Below, one piece after another: positions 51,122 through 60,524 of a stretch of 64,000 nt of DNA. Below the pieces are notes generated by a model. It searched no databases. It had not been told where the DNA came from and worked only from the letters and a program-made list of their open reading frames with translations. Location of the stretch: assembly GCA_963804645.1 (NCBI GenBank), contig CAWDRG010000011.1, positions 32,001 to 96,000 on the forward strand, in the 5' to 3' direction. This stretch comes from an uncultured Bacillota bacterium (GTDB taxonomy: Bacteria > Sysuimicrobiota > Sysuimicrobiia > Sysuimicrobiales > Segetimicrobiaceae). The position numbers and the translations under genes were made by a program. Position 1 is the first letter of the stretch. Every line of letters starts with the position of its first letter.

Positions 51122-52255
51122 CTACAACTCTGCGAGAAACCGGGTGAACCAGGCGAGGCGGGGCGCGATCGCGGACACGAGAATGTGCTCGGTGTCGGCG
51201 TGGGCGCCGTCGCCGACGGCGCCGAGGCCGTCAAGCGTGGGGATCCCCAGCGCCGCGGTGAAGTTGCCGTCGCTGCCCCCGCCGGTGCCCGTGGCCGCGA
51301 GCGCGATCCCCTCCTCGGCCGCGAGGCGCTTCGCGAGGTCGTAGAGCCGCCGCGACGCCGGCGTCTCCTCCATCGGCGGACGATTGAGCCCGCCCTCGAT
51401 CCGCACCGACGTGCCGGGCACAAACGTCGGCCGGGTCCGGATGCGCTCATCGGCCCGGCGGGCCTCGTCCATCGTGCGCACCCGCAGGTCGATCTCCGCC
51501 TCCGCCGACGCCGCGATCACGTTTTGGCGGGTGCCGCCGCGAATGACGCCGACGTTCACGGTCGTCCCCTTGGCGAGGTCGTTGACGCGGTCGAGGTCGA
51601 CGACTTGATGCGCCAACTCCAGCACGGCGCTGCGGCCTTTCTCCGGGTCGGCGCCGGCGTGCGCCGCGACGCCCCGCACCGCAAGCCGGTACATCCCGAC
51701 ACCCTTCCGCCAGACCTTGACGGCCCCCTCGGTCCCGAGCGCCGGCTCGAGCACGAGCGTGCACTCCGCCTGCGCGGCCAGCTGCTCGAGGATCGGGCGC
51801 GACGTCGGGCTGCCGACCTCCTCCTCCGTGTTCACGAAGAAGACGAACGTCTTGTCGCCGACGGCGCCGCTCTCGACGAGCGCGCGCAGCGCCCAGAGCG
51901 CCTGCACGTCTCCGTATTTCATGTCGAAGCAGCCCGGTCCGGTCAACCGGTCGCCGTCGATCCGGCACGGCATGCGTTCGAGCGTCCCGACCGGCCAGAC
52001 CGTATCGACGTGGCCGAGCAGGAGCACGCGCCGCGGACCGCGCCCCACGCGCGCCTCGAAGTGATCACCCCAGCGCGTCTGCGGATGCCAGATGATCTCG
52101 GCCCCCGCGGTCCGCGCCAACCGGTCCGCCAAGTGTTTGCCGACGCGGTCCACCGCGGCCTTGTCCGTCGTCGGCGACTCGAGCCCGACGAGCGTCTGCA
52201 CCTCCGCGAGCACCTCGTGCAGGTGGGCGTCGGCGAATGCGCGGTAGCGGGTCAC
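51122..52255 (-). CDS. M20 metallopeptidase (glutamate carboxypeptidase G2-like)
   Basis: GHVDTV, GPGCFDMK, EEVGS, LEP, AHAG, GGSDGNF, DGLG, GAH. Confidence 0.92.
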   Translation of the reverse strand: MTRYRAFADAHLHEVLAEVQTLVGLESPTTDKAAVDRVGKHLADRLARTAGAEIIWHPQTRWGDHFEARVGRGPRRVLLLGHVDTVWPVGTLERMPCRIDGDRLTGPGCFDMKYGDVQALWALRALVESGAVGDKTFVFFVNTEEEVGSPTSRPILEQLAAQAECTLVLEPALGTEGAVKVWRKGVGMYRLAVRGVAAHAGADPEKGRSAVLELAHQVVDLDRVNDLAKGTTVNVGVIRGGTRQNVIAASAEAEIDLRVRTMDEARRADERIRTRPTFVPGTSVRIEGGLNRPPMEETPASRRLYDLAKRLAAEEGIALAATGTGGGSDGNFTAALGIPTLDGLGAVGDGAHADTEHILVSAIAPRLAWFTRFLAEL

Positions 52256-53313
52256 GCGGGCACCTCCGCCGGGTAGGCGGTCCGGTTGAGGCCGCGCAGG
52301 TCGTCGACGTTGCGCGGGGACATGTGGCGCCGGCCCGCCTCCAGGTCGTGGATCAGCTCGATCAGCCGCTCGTTCAGCGGCAGGCGGAGGCCGTGCCCGC
52401 GTCCGATCTCGACGACCGGGCCGAGCTGCATGTCCACCTCGGTGCGGCGGTGCCGCACCGCGAGATCGCGCCAGATGCCGCTCTTCTGCTTCAGCGACGC
52501 GCGGTTGAGCGCGACGAGCTGCGCCACGCTGCGCCGGATGCCGGCCCAATCGCGGGGGGTGGCGAAGCGCATCGCGGTGGGGTCGTACCCGTCGAAGCCC
52601 TCGCATCGCACGCCCTCGGCCTCGGCGACCTGCACGACCTCCGCGGCCAGATTGGCCATCAGGGCGACGTTGTCCGGGGCTCCGAGGACGTCGGCCATCG
52701 TCGCGTCCACGGTCGCGGTCGCGAACAGCTGGGAGGCGTAGCCGAGCTTGCCCCACAGGTACCCCCAGATGTTGTCGGTCAGCGTCGTGTTCGGCAGGAA
52801 CGCGCTGCGCAGCGCGTCGCCGAGCGCCTGCAGCCGCGGGGTGATCCGCCCGTCGAGCTCGCCGAGGTAGAGCGCCCCCGCCCCGCTGTACTCCACGCGG
52901 CCGGGCGCCTGATAGTCGGCGCCGAAGTTCACGAACGCGCCGATCGTCCGCGCGGCCCCGATCCGCGCGGCGATCACCCGCTCGTTGAGGCCGTTCTGCA
53001 TCGAGACGACGTAGCTCGCGGGCCCGAGCAGCGGCACCACCGGCTCGAGCGCGTCGGCGGTGTGCAGCGCCTTGACGGCCAGCAGCACCGCCTCGGGGGC
53101 GCGGCCGGCCAGCGCGCCCGCGAGCGCGTTGGGCGTCACCGCGGGCACCCGGACGCGGACCTCGAGCCGCCCCTCGATCACGAGCCCGTCCCGGGTCATC
53201 GCCGCGACGTGTTCGGGGACGCTGTCCACAAACAAGACCTCGTGCCCGGCACGCGCCAGGTGCGCGCCCATCGTCCCGCCGATCGCCCCCGCTCCGACGA
53301 TCACGAATCGCAT
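52252..53313 (-). CDS. Ketopantoate reductase (PanE/ApbA) family oxidoreductase
   Basis: GAGAIGG, LAVKA, SMQNGL, WGKL, SGIWRDL...RRTE. Confidence 0.88.
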   Translation of the reverse strand: MRFVIVGAGAIGGTMGAHLARAGHEVLFVDSVPEHVAAMTRDGLVIEGRLEVRVRVPAVTPNALAGALAGRAPEAVLLAVKALHTADALEPVVPLLGPASYVVSMQNGLNERVIAARIGAARTIGAFVNFGADYQAPGRVEYSGAGALYLGELDGRITPRLQALGDALRSAFLPNTTLTDNIWGYLWGKLGYASQLFATATVDATMADVLGAPDNVALMANLAAEVVQVAEAEGVRCEGFDGYDPTAMRFATPRDWAGIRRSVAQLVALNRASLKQKSGIWRDLAVRHRRTEVDMQLGPVVEIGRGHGLRLPLNERLIELIHDLEAGRRHMSPRNVDDLRGLNRTAYPAEVPA

Positions 53314-53322
53314 CGACGCCAC

Positions 53323-54957
53323 CTACCAGCCAATCGCGTAGCCGTTGCGCCGCGGATCGGCGGCACCGCCGATCCACCCGGTCGCGCGGTCCGAGAGGAT
53401 GCCCTGCACGCCGCCCACACGCATCGACCATGCCCCGAGCGGCTCGACGGTGTACCCGCGCGCCGCCATGGCCGCGCGCGTGACCTCCGGGAGCCGCGAC
53501 TCCATGCGAATCGCCGTGGCCGGCAGTTGATCGCCGACATCGTCGACCCACCGGAAGCGCGGCGCCGCGATCGCGTCCTGCAGGTTCAGGCCGAAATCGA
53601 TGAGGTTGACGAGCACCTGCACTGTCGTGATGAGAATGCCGTACGATCCCGGGGTCCCGACCGTGCCCCAGAACTGCCCGTCGCGGAAGAGGTGCACCGG
53701 GGCGATGGGCCACTCGTGCATCTTGCCGGGTCCGATCAGGTTCGCATGCCCCGGCGTCACGGAGAACCAGTGCGCCGCGTTGTTGAGGCAGACGCCGGTG
53801 CCGGGCACGACGACCCCGCTCCCGAACCCGCTGCCGAGGCTGTTCGTGATGTTGACTGCGAGTCCGCTCGCGTCCACGGCGGCGAAATGCGTCGTCGACG
53901 CGCTCGTGCCGCCGGATCCGCCGACGGCCACGTGCCCGCCCGCGCGCGACGTACCGAGCCGCTCGGCGACCTGGCGCCTGAGCTCCGCGATGTGCTCCGC
54001 CGACAGCACGCGGGCCGTCGTGTCGGGCACGTGGTCCGGGTCGCCCACGTACCGGTCGGTGTCCATGCGGGCGGCCCGTCCGGCTTCGGCCACGAGGCCC
54101 ACGTGCTCGGGGCCGAGGTGCTCCATCCGGCCGACCTCAAACCCGTCGAGGATGCGCAGCGTCTCGAGCACCTGCACCCCGCCGGTGGGAATCGGCGACG
54201 CGTACACCGTGACGCCGCGGTACGGCGCCTCGAGCGGGCGCGTCCATTTCAGCGTCCCGGGATACGCGCGGAGATCGGCCTCGGTGATGAGGCCCCCGCC
54301 TTCGCGCATCGTCTCGGCGATCTTGCGCCCGAGCGGCCCATCGTACAGATAGCCGGCTCCCTGCGCGCCGATCGCGCGAAACGTCGCGGCGAGATCGGGC
54401 TGCCGCAGCAGCGAGCCGACCTCGGGGACCTTCCCGTCGTGCAGGTACACCCGCGCCGCCTCTGGGTTGAGGCGCGGCACGAGCTCTTCCCACTCGGTCC
54501 GGTCGAACGGCGTGAACGGGATGCCCTGCTCGGCGTACTCAATCGCCGGCTCCAACACCTGCGCGAACGGCATCGTTCCGTGGTCGGCGAGCACGCGCGC
54601 CCAGCCGGCAAGGTTGCCGGGCACCGCGGGAGACAGGCACCCGCCGTCGGGCGGCGTCGCGCCGAACCGGTCGGGCGTGGCGGCGGCCGGCGCGCGGCCG
54701 AGGAACACGAGCGCGCGGGGCGTCTGGCCCGGCAGCGTCAGCATGAGGCTCCCGCATCCCGCGAGGCCCGACATGTACGGCTCGGCCACGCTGATCGCCG
54801 CGGCCGCGGCGACCACCGCATCGACCGCGTTCCCGCCCTGGGCGAACATGCGCACCCCGGCCAGCGACGCGAGCGGATTGGCCGTCGCCACCATGCCCCG
54901 GCGGCCGTACGCGATCGGGCGAAGACCAAACCGGGTCGCAAACGTCTCATGCGGCAT
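53323..54957 (-). CDS. ggt: Gamma-glutamyltransferase family (Ntn hydrolase)
   Basis: GGNAVDA, EPYMSGL, VPG, QPDLAAT, STTHF nucleophile, FGSG, GTPG, APRF, ADPRR; GGAGGTG RBS. Confidence 0.92.
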   Translation of the reverse strand: MPHETFATRFGLRPIAYGRRGMVATANPLASLAGVRMFAQGGNAVDAVVAAAAAISVAEPYMSGLAGCGSLMLTLPGQTPRALVFLGRAPAAATPDRFGATPPDGGCLSPAVPGNLAGWARVLADHGTMPFAQVLEPAIEYAEQGIPFTPFDRTEWEELVPRLNPEAARVYLHDGKVPEVGSLLRQPDLAATFRAIGAQGAGYLYDGPLGRKIAETMREGGGLITEADLRAYPGTLKWTRPLEAPYRGVTVYASPIPTGGVQVLETLRILDGFEVGRMEHLGPEHVGLVAEAGRAARMDTDRYVGDPDHVPDTTARVLSAEHIAELRRQVAERLGTSRAGGHVAVGGSGGTSASTTHFAAVDASGLAVNITNSLGSGFGSGVVVPGTGVCLNNAAHWFSVTPGHANLIGPGKMHEWPIAPVHLFRDGQFWGTVGTPGSYGILITTVQVLVNLIDFGLNLQDAIAAPRFRWVDDVGDQLPATAIRMESRLPEVTRAAMAARGYTVEPLGAWSMRVGGVQGILSDRATGWIGGAADPRRNGYAIGW

Positions 54958-55080
54958 GACGACACCTCCTCGGGGCTGGGACAGCGGAACGGCAACGACA
55001 CCAGATCGGCTCCTTTGGTTTTGGACCCGCACGCGTGATCTCCTGCCGTGATCGGAGAGCGCGCGAGGCATGTGAGATGT

Positions 55081-55113
55081 GAAGAGGGACGGCCGCAGAC
55101 GCCGTCCCTCTTC
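55081..55113 (-). terminator. Terminator hairpin downstream of the cold-shock gene
   Basis: 13-bp perfect stem gaagagggacggc/gccgtccctcttc. Confidence 0.65.
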
Positions 55114-55137
55114 GTGTGCAACCCAACGATGGCGATG

Positions 55138-55344
55138 CTAACGCATGACGCGGACGTTCGCGGCCTGCGGACCCTTCCGTCCCTCGGACTCCTCGTACTC
55201 GACCTTGTCGCCCTCGTTCAGCGACTTGTAGCCCTCACCTTCGATCGCGCTGAAGTGCACGAACAGATCCTTCCCGCCGCTCTCCGGCGTGATAAATCCG
55301 TATCCCTTCTCCGAACTGAACCACTTCACCGTGCCGACGCCCAT
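55138..55344 (-). CDS. Cold-shock protein (CspA family)
   Basis: GTVKWF, RNP1 KGYGFI, RNP2 [14 protein letters not shown]. Confidence 0.96.
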   Translation of the reverse strand: MGVGTVKWFSSEKGYGFITPESGGKDLFVHFSAIEGEGYKSLNEGDKVEYEESEGRKGPQAANVRVMR

Positions 55345-55405
55345 CCCCGATCCCACCTTTGTCCCGTGCTATCAACCGACTTTGCAGCCCGCTGATGCGA
55401 GCAAT

Positions 55406-55434
55406 AATATGCCACAATCGCCCCGTGAAATCAA
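55406..55434 (-). promoter_or_regulatory. Sigma70 promoter TTGATT-N17-CATATT (with TG) for the csp gene
   Basis: 17-nt spacing, about 60 nt upstream of the start. Confidence 0.5.
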
Positions 55435-55446
55435 TGGGGCCGAATC

Positions 55447-56414
55447 TCGCGATCGATCGAAACGGCGCCTGCAGCGGCGCTTCTACGGCCGCACTAAGCC
55501 GGGGACCCTGCTCAAGCACCACATCGCCATCAAGACCGAGCATTCGGGAGGTTGAGTACGCGCGGCTTCACCGAGATCGACTTGGTCTTCCACTCGGGCA
55601 ATGCCGCCGACGGCGACTTGCCGATCCAGTTCGCTCAATCTCACGGATATCCACACCGGCTGGGTCGAAACGCGGGCCGTCATGGGCAAGGGACAAACGG
55701 CCGTCCGCGCGGCCTTGGAGGAGTTGCGGCAGGCCCTGCCGTTTCCCCTGCGCGGCATCGACTCTGACAATGGCTCCGAGTTTATCAACAATCATCTCGT
55801 GCGCTACTGTGCCGATCGAAGATTCAATTCACCCGCGGCCGCCCCTACAAAAAGGACGACAATGCCCACATTGAACAAAAGAACTACACGCATGTCCGCA
55901 AGCTGATGGGCTGGGAGCGCTACGATTCGCCGCACGCCCGCGCCCGCATGAATGACCTGTATCAGCACGAAGTGCGGCTCATGATGAATCTCTATCAACC
56001 GTCCGTGAAGCTGCTCCGCAAGGAGCGCATCGGGTCCCGGCTCACGCGGCGCTATGATGCCCCCAAGACCCCGCTCGATCGCCTGGCGGCTACGCCGGGC
56101 GTCGACGCGGCCACCATCCGCGCGCTCCACCAGCTCCGTGCCCAACTCGACCCGTTCGCGTTGGCCGCCGCGATCGATCAGAAACTCAGCGTCATTCACC
56201 AGGCTGCCAATCATCGCCTCAGTCCCCGCGATGCCACCATGCCGCCCCCGGCCGTCACACCGTCCGTTCGCGCCACCCATGCTCCTCACCGCTGGGACCA
56301 CAACTGGTTCTTCCCGAAGGCGGTCGCCCAACGTCGCGGCAGCCGCACTCTGGTAAGAACTTAAATGGCGCGATGATACCTTCCCGGGTAAGATTACGCG
56401 TTAATGGCTTGACG
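55447..56414 (+). mobile_element. Decayed IS: 5'-truncated DDE (rve/integrase-core, ISNCY-like) transposase with several frameshifts
   Basis: Pieces in different frames join as TKPGTLLK / GFTEIDLVFH / LNLTDIHTGW...IDSDNGSEFIN / FTRGRPYKKDDNAHIEQKN...RYD...PKTPLDRL; repeated ggtaaga...aatggc at the 3' end. Confidence 0.85.
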
Positions 56415-56614
56415 GGGGGCCGCATCCGGTCACCGACGATTGTGCGGCTGCCGTCCGGAGCCGCGGAGGATGATCGCGAACCTTCGGCACCCTGCGCCCG
56501 CGGCGGACGAGTCTGTCTTCGCATGATGGAGGCGCAACGCCCCACCCCGTAGCGCCATAATCGCGGGATGCGGCACGTCCATCCCCGCACGTCAACTAGC
56601 GAGGGTGTTCGAAC

Positions 56615-58165
56615 CTACTTGTTTACGTGCGATTTAATAGCCGCCTGGATCTTGGCCTTCACGGCGTCGAGGTTGAACGACGCCGGGTCTTGCATCGGCG
56701 GGTAGCTGAGGGCCGTCGCCGCCAACTTGCCGACGACTTGCTGCACGTACACGAACCGCCAGAACTCATGCCCCATGAAGTCCATGAAGTAGGACGGTGA
56801 GGACGTACCGCAGGAGCGCTCGAACGGATCAAGGCGCAGGTTGCAGAGGATCGGGAAATTGGCCTTGTTCTTCGGACCGAACCACCCCTCCGGCTGATCG
56901 ATGAACGTATATTTGACATCATCGACGCGAATGGCGCCGAGTTCCGCCTCGTCGAAGTAGAAGAACTCATGACGGGCCGACGGGCCCTTTCCCGTGAGCA
57001 TCGGCAGTTGATTGTACCCGTCGAGGTGGACCTTGTAGGTCTTGCTGCCGAGCTGCTTGCCTCCGAGCAGCTCTTGCGCGATATTGGCATCGCCGGCCGC
57101 GGCGACGAGCGTAGGAAACCAGTCCAGCGACGCCATGAGGCCGTTCTCCACCTTGCCCGCGGGGATCTTGCCCGGCCACTTGACGATACAGGGCGCGCGG
57201 AACCCGCCCTCGGTGCTCATGCCCTTCTCGCCCTTGAACGGTGTCTGCCCGCCGTCCGGCCAGCTGATGACTTCGGCACCGTTGTCCGTCGTCACGACCA
57301 CGATCGTATTATCCTCGAGCCCCTGGTCCTTGAGATGTTGCAGGACCGCGCCGATGATGTCATCGAACTGCGCCATCCCCGCCTCGTACGTGTACCAGCT
57401 GTTTTGCGGCGTCTGCATCTTGCGGTATTTCTCCGAGAGGTACGTGTACACGTGCATGCGCGTCGTGTTCAACCACGTGAAGAACGGCTTCCCGTCCTTT
57501 TTGGCGCGGTCGATGAAGTTGATCGCGTTCGCCAGGATCTCGTCGTCGACGGTCTCCATGTTGAGCTTGATGCCGGGGGTCGGGTGCGGCGGCAGCGGGC
57601 CGCAGTCCTCGATCTTCTGCTTGCCCACCTTGCCCCACCGGGGATCCACCGTCGGATCGTCAGTGTCGGTGGCCCAGCAGTGCAACACGTTGCGCGGGCC
57701 CACGGTCTTGACCAGCTCCGGCGGATACGAGTGCCAGAACGGGTCCTCCATCGCATCCAGATGGTACAGGTAGCCGTAGAATTCATCGAAGCCGTGGAGC
57801 GTCGGCAGATACTCGTTGCGGTCGCCCAGGTGATTCTTGCCAAACTGGCCGGTCGCGTAGCCCATCGCCCGTAGCGCGGTGGCGATCGTCGGGGCCTGGG
57901 CCGGCATCCCGACCGTCGCCCCAGCCTGCCCCACCGTCGTCAGTCCGGTCCGGAGCGGAATTTCTCCCGTGATAAAGGCCGCCCGTCCGGCGGTACAGCT
58001 GGCCTCCGCATAGTAGTCGGTAAGGAGCGTGCCTTCAGACGCGAGCTTGTCGATATGCGGAGTCCGGCTCGCCATGATGCCGCGATGATAGGCCCCGATG
58101 TTGAACCAGCCGATGTCGTCGCCAAAGATCACCAGAATGTTCGGTTGCTTTGCAGCTGTCGCCAT
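56615..58165 (-). CDS. Cys-type arylsulfatase, no signal peptide
   Basis: PNILVIFGDDIG, SCTAGRAAFITG, GKNHLG, HGFDEF, TDNG, RAP, LDG, DPFE. Confidence 0.94.
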   Translation of the reverse strand: MATAAKQPNILVIFGDDIGWFNIGAYHRGIMASRTPHIDKLASEGTLLTDYYAEASCTAGRAAFITGEIPLRTGLTTVGQAGATVGMPAQAPTIATALRAMGYATGQFGKNHLGDRNEYLPTLHGFDEFYGYLYHLDAMEDPFWHSYPPELVKTVGPRNVLHCWATDTDDPTVDPRWGKVGKQKIEDCGPLPPHPTPGIKLNMETVDDEILANAINFIDRAKKDGKPFFTWLNTTRMHVYTYLSEKYRKMQTPQNSWYTYEAGMAQFDDIIGAVLQHLKDQGLEDNTIVVVTTDNGAEVISWPDGGQTPFKGEKGMSTEGGFRAPCIVKWPGKIPAGKVENGLMASLDWFPTLVAAAGDANIAQELLGGKQLGSKTYKVHLDGYNQLPMLTGKGPSARHEFFYFDEAELGAIRVDDVKYTFIDQPEGWFGPKNKANFPILCNLRLDPFERSCGTSSPSYFMDFMGHEFWRFVYVQQVVGKLAATALSYPPMQDPASFNLDAVKAKIQAAIKSHVNK

Positions 58166-58192
58166 GTGATTCCCCCTTCTTAGAGCCTCAGC

Positions 58193-58816
58193 CTAGTGAA
58201 GCTGGTACTTCGTCAGGACGAGCGCCTTGTTCCGGACGCTGGCCGGCCACGCGGCTTCGGGACCGAACTGGATCTTCACGATGGTCTTGGCCGACGGCGC
58301 GTACCAGGCAAACCCCGTGCCGACCTGATGCTGCACCGGCGGGTTCCCGGCCGGCAGCGTCAGGACCGAGCAGAGCAACTCCACCGCGGAGAACATCCCG
58401 GCCGGCACCGTCACCGACCGCACGGGACCGACCCGCCACACGAAGTGGAACTTGGTACCCCGGTCCGTCCAGCGCTTGTTGGCGGTCAGCGGCCAATCCA
58501 GGAACAGGAAGTTGCCGACCTGCTGGCGCTGGAACATGGCGCCCCACTCCATGTTGGGCCGCACGCCGGCGCCCATGCCGGCGATCGTGTAGGACCCATC
58601 GGTCGCCGCGCTCTGTACGGTCATGGCCACGACGCCGCCCGTGGGGCCCGTCCAGGCCCACGTATCGCCGTGATACCACGTCGGTGGATTCAATGGGAGC
58701 TTCGCCATCGTCATCGGCATCGACTGGGCTGCGTTGAGTTGCAGCGGGAGCAGTCCCACCACGAGCGCAACGGCGATGAGCATCACGACGTTCGACATCC
58801 GACGCATACCGGTCAC
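58193..58816 (-). CDS. Secreted hypothetical beta-sheet protein (VTVPAG.F / WYAP motifs)
   Basis: Signal peptide VVMLIAVALVVGLLPLQLNA; GDTWAW, DWPL, SVTVPAGMF, WYAP..KTIVK; start uncertain. Confidence 0.7.
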   Translation of the reverse strand: MTGMRRMSNVVMLIAVALVVGLLPLQLNAAQSMPMTMAKLPLNPPTWYHGDTWAWTGPTGGVVAMTVQSAATDGSYTIAGMGAGVRPNMEWGAMFQRQQVGNFLFLDWPLTANKRWTDRGTKFHFVWRVGPVRSVTVPAGMFSAVELLCSVLTLPAGNPPVQHQVGTGFAWYAPSAKTIVKIQFGPEAAWPASVRNKALVLTKYQLH

Positions 58817-59145
58817 TATCGATCACCATCCCTCTCCAGAATGTGAGGGTACACGTGCCGTGCCAACCCGCTGATGACTGCTTGATCCACCTCCCTCCAA
58901 AAATGAATCTATCACCCCAACGGGTGTTCGTGGTATGCTTGCCGACCGCTCCTAGCTGTCCCCATTTTCATACTGTGTGGCGCCGCACGCGCGACATGGG
59001 GGACTCCCTTCGGTCGAGGACTCCCCCACGAAACGCCGTCGCTGGCCCGGTCACGTCGATGCGGCACCCAACGCGGCTCGATCGGGGTTCGGTGATGCCG
59101 GCCCGACGGTGTGACGATGTCGGGCGCGGCGGACGCGCGCACGCG

Positions 59146-60471
59146 TCACTGCTGAATCAGCGGCCGCCCGTGACACTGCTTGAACTTCTTGCCGCTCCCG
59201 CAGGGACAGCGGTCGTTGCGCCCGGCCTTGGCGCAGGCCCGCTGCAGGGCGGCGTCCTCCTGGGCCAGGACGCCCATCACGTCCGCGGCCGGCCGGTTCG
59301 CGCGCAGGAGCGACGCGATGATGCGCACGGGATGGTCGATGTGCGTGAAGAAGGCCTTATACCCGGCACAGAGATAGCTCAGGCCCGGCTCACCGTCGGG
59401 CGTCGTGATGAAGCGGCTCTTCGGACAGTCCCCGTGGCACGCAAACCGCACCGGGCACTCCACGCAGTACCGCGGCAGCGTCGTCAGCTTGTTCCGTCCG
59501 AACTGGAGCTGCTTGTCGGACGCGACGAGCTCGAGCATATGGGTGTCTTGGATATTGCCGAGAAGGTAGTCCGGCTCGACGAAGTGGTCGCACGAGTACA
59601 GATCGCCGTTGTGCTCGATCGCCAGCGCCGTGCCGCAGGTGGGCGAGAACACGCACATCGTCGACCCGAGCCCCATCCAGCTCCGCACCGCGCCCTCAAA
59701 CGTCTGCACAAACACCCGGCCGACGTCGTGCCGGACCCACTCGTCGAAGATCGTGATGAGAAACGTGCCGAGCTGCTGGGCGCCGACCGACCGTTCCGTG
59801 ACCGTCGTCCCCTGCTGCAGGAGCGTCCGGCCGTCGCTGTTGATCCGCTCGACCACCGGGATGAACTGCATCCAGTCGGTGCCCGCCTCGTCCCGCAAGA
59901 ACCGGTACACGTCGAGCGGCGCGCTGCCATTGCAGCTGTTCACGGTCGTCAGGATGTTGTACTCGACTTTGTGCTTCTGGAGGAGGCGCAGCCCGCGCAT
60001 CACCCGATCAAACGTGGGATGCCCGCCTTTATCCACGCGGTAGCGATCGTGCAGATGCCGCGGCCCGTCGATGCTGATGCCGACCAGAAAGTGCTCGTCG
60101 CGCAAAAACTCGCACCACGCGTCGTCCAGGAGCGTGCCGTTCGTCTGGATCGTGTTCTCGAACGTCATCCCGGGCCTGGCGTACTTGCGCTCGTACTCGA
60201 TCGCCCGTTGGAAGAACTCGAGCCCCATCAGCGTGGGCTCCCCGCCCTGCCAGGCCACCGTCACTTCCGAGCTTCGGTGCGATTCGATCAGTTGGCGGAT
60301 GTACGTCTCGAGGAGCTCGTCCCCCATGCGAAAGGCGCTCCCGGGGTAGAGCGCCTCCTTGGCGAGGAAGAAGCAGTATTCGCACCCGAGGTTGCAGATC
60401 GCTCCCCGGGGCTTGGCCATGACGTGAAACCGGGGCGGGGCGTGCCGCAGCGTCTGCGCGGTCTGACTCAT
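59146..60471 (-). CDS. Anaerobic sulfatase maturase (radical SAM/SPASM) with C-terminal SEC-C motif
   Basis: CNLGCEYC, WQGGEPTL, QTNG, SIDGP, GDLYSCDH, CVEC...CHGDCPK, YLCAGY; GRNDRCPCGSGKKFKQCHG. Confidence 0.95.
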   Translation of the reverse strand: MSQTAQTLRHAPPRFHVMAKPRGAICNLGCEYCFFLAKEALYPGSAFRMGDELLETYIRQLIESHRSSEVTVAWQGGEPTLMGLEFFQRAIEYERKYARPGMTFENTIQTNGTLLDDAWCEFLRDEHFLVGISIDGPRHLHDRYRVDKGGHPTFDRVMRGLRLLQKHKVEYNILTTVNSCNGSAPLDVYRFLRDEAGTDWMQFIPVVERINSDGRTLLQQGTTVTERSVGAQQLGTFLITIFDEWVRHDVGRVFVQTFEGAVRSWMGLGSTMCVFSPTCGTALAIEHNGDLYSCDHFVEPDYLLGNIQDTHMLELVASDKQLQFGRNKLTTLPRYCVECPVRFACHGDCPKSRFITTPDGEPGLSYLCAGYKAFFTHIDHPVRIIASLLRANRPAADVMGVLAQEDAALQRACAKAGRNDRCPCGSGKKFKQCHGRPLIQQ

Positions 60472-60524
60472 CTCGATCCCTCCCCTTCCCGGTCACGCGG
60501 CCGCCGGACGGCGGCGCAGCCGTC

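Noticed and set aside
58851..58866. Sigma54-like TTGGCACG on the minus strand
   Set aside because: The -12 element reads GTGT rather than TTGC; the invariant GC is missing.
58816..58890. 24-codon ORF (MDQAVISG...) whose TAG overlaps the next GTG
   Set aside because: SD only 3 nt from the start and no recognisable features; unsupported without ribosome profiling.
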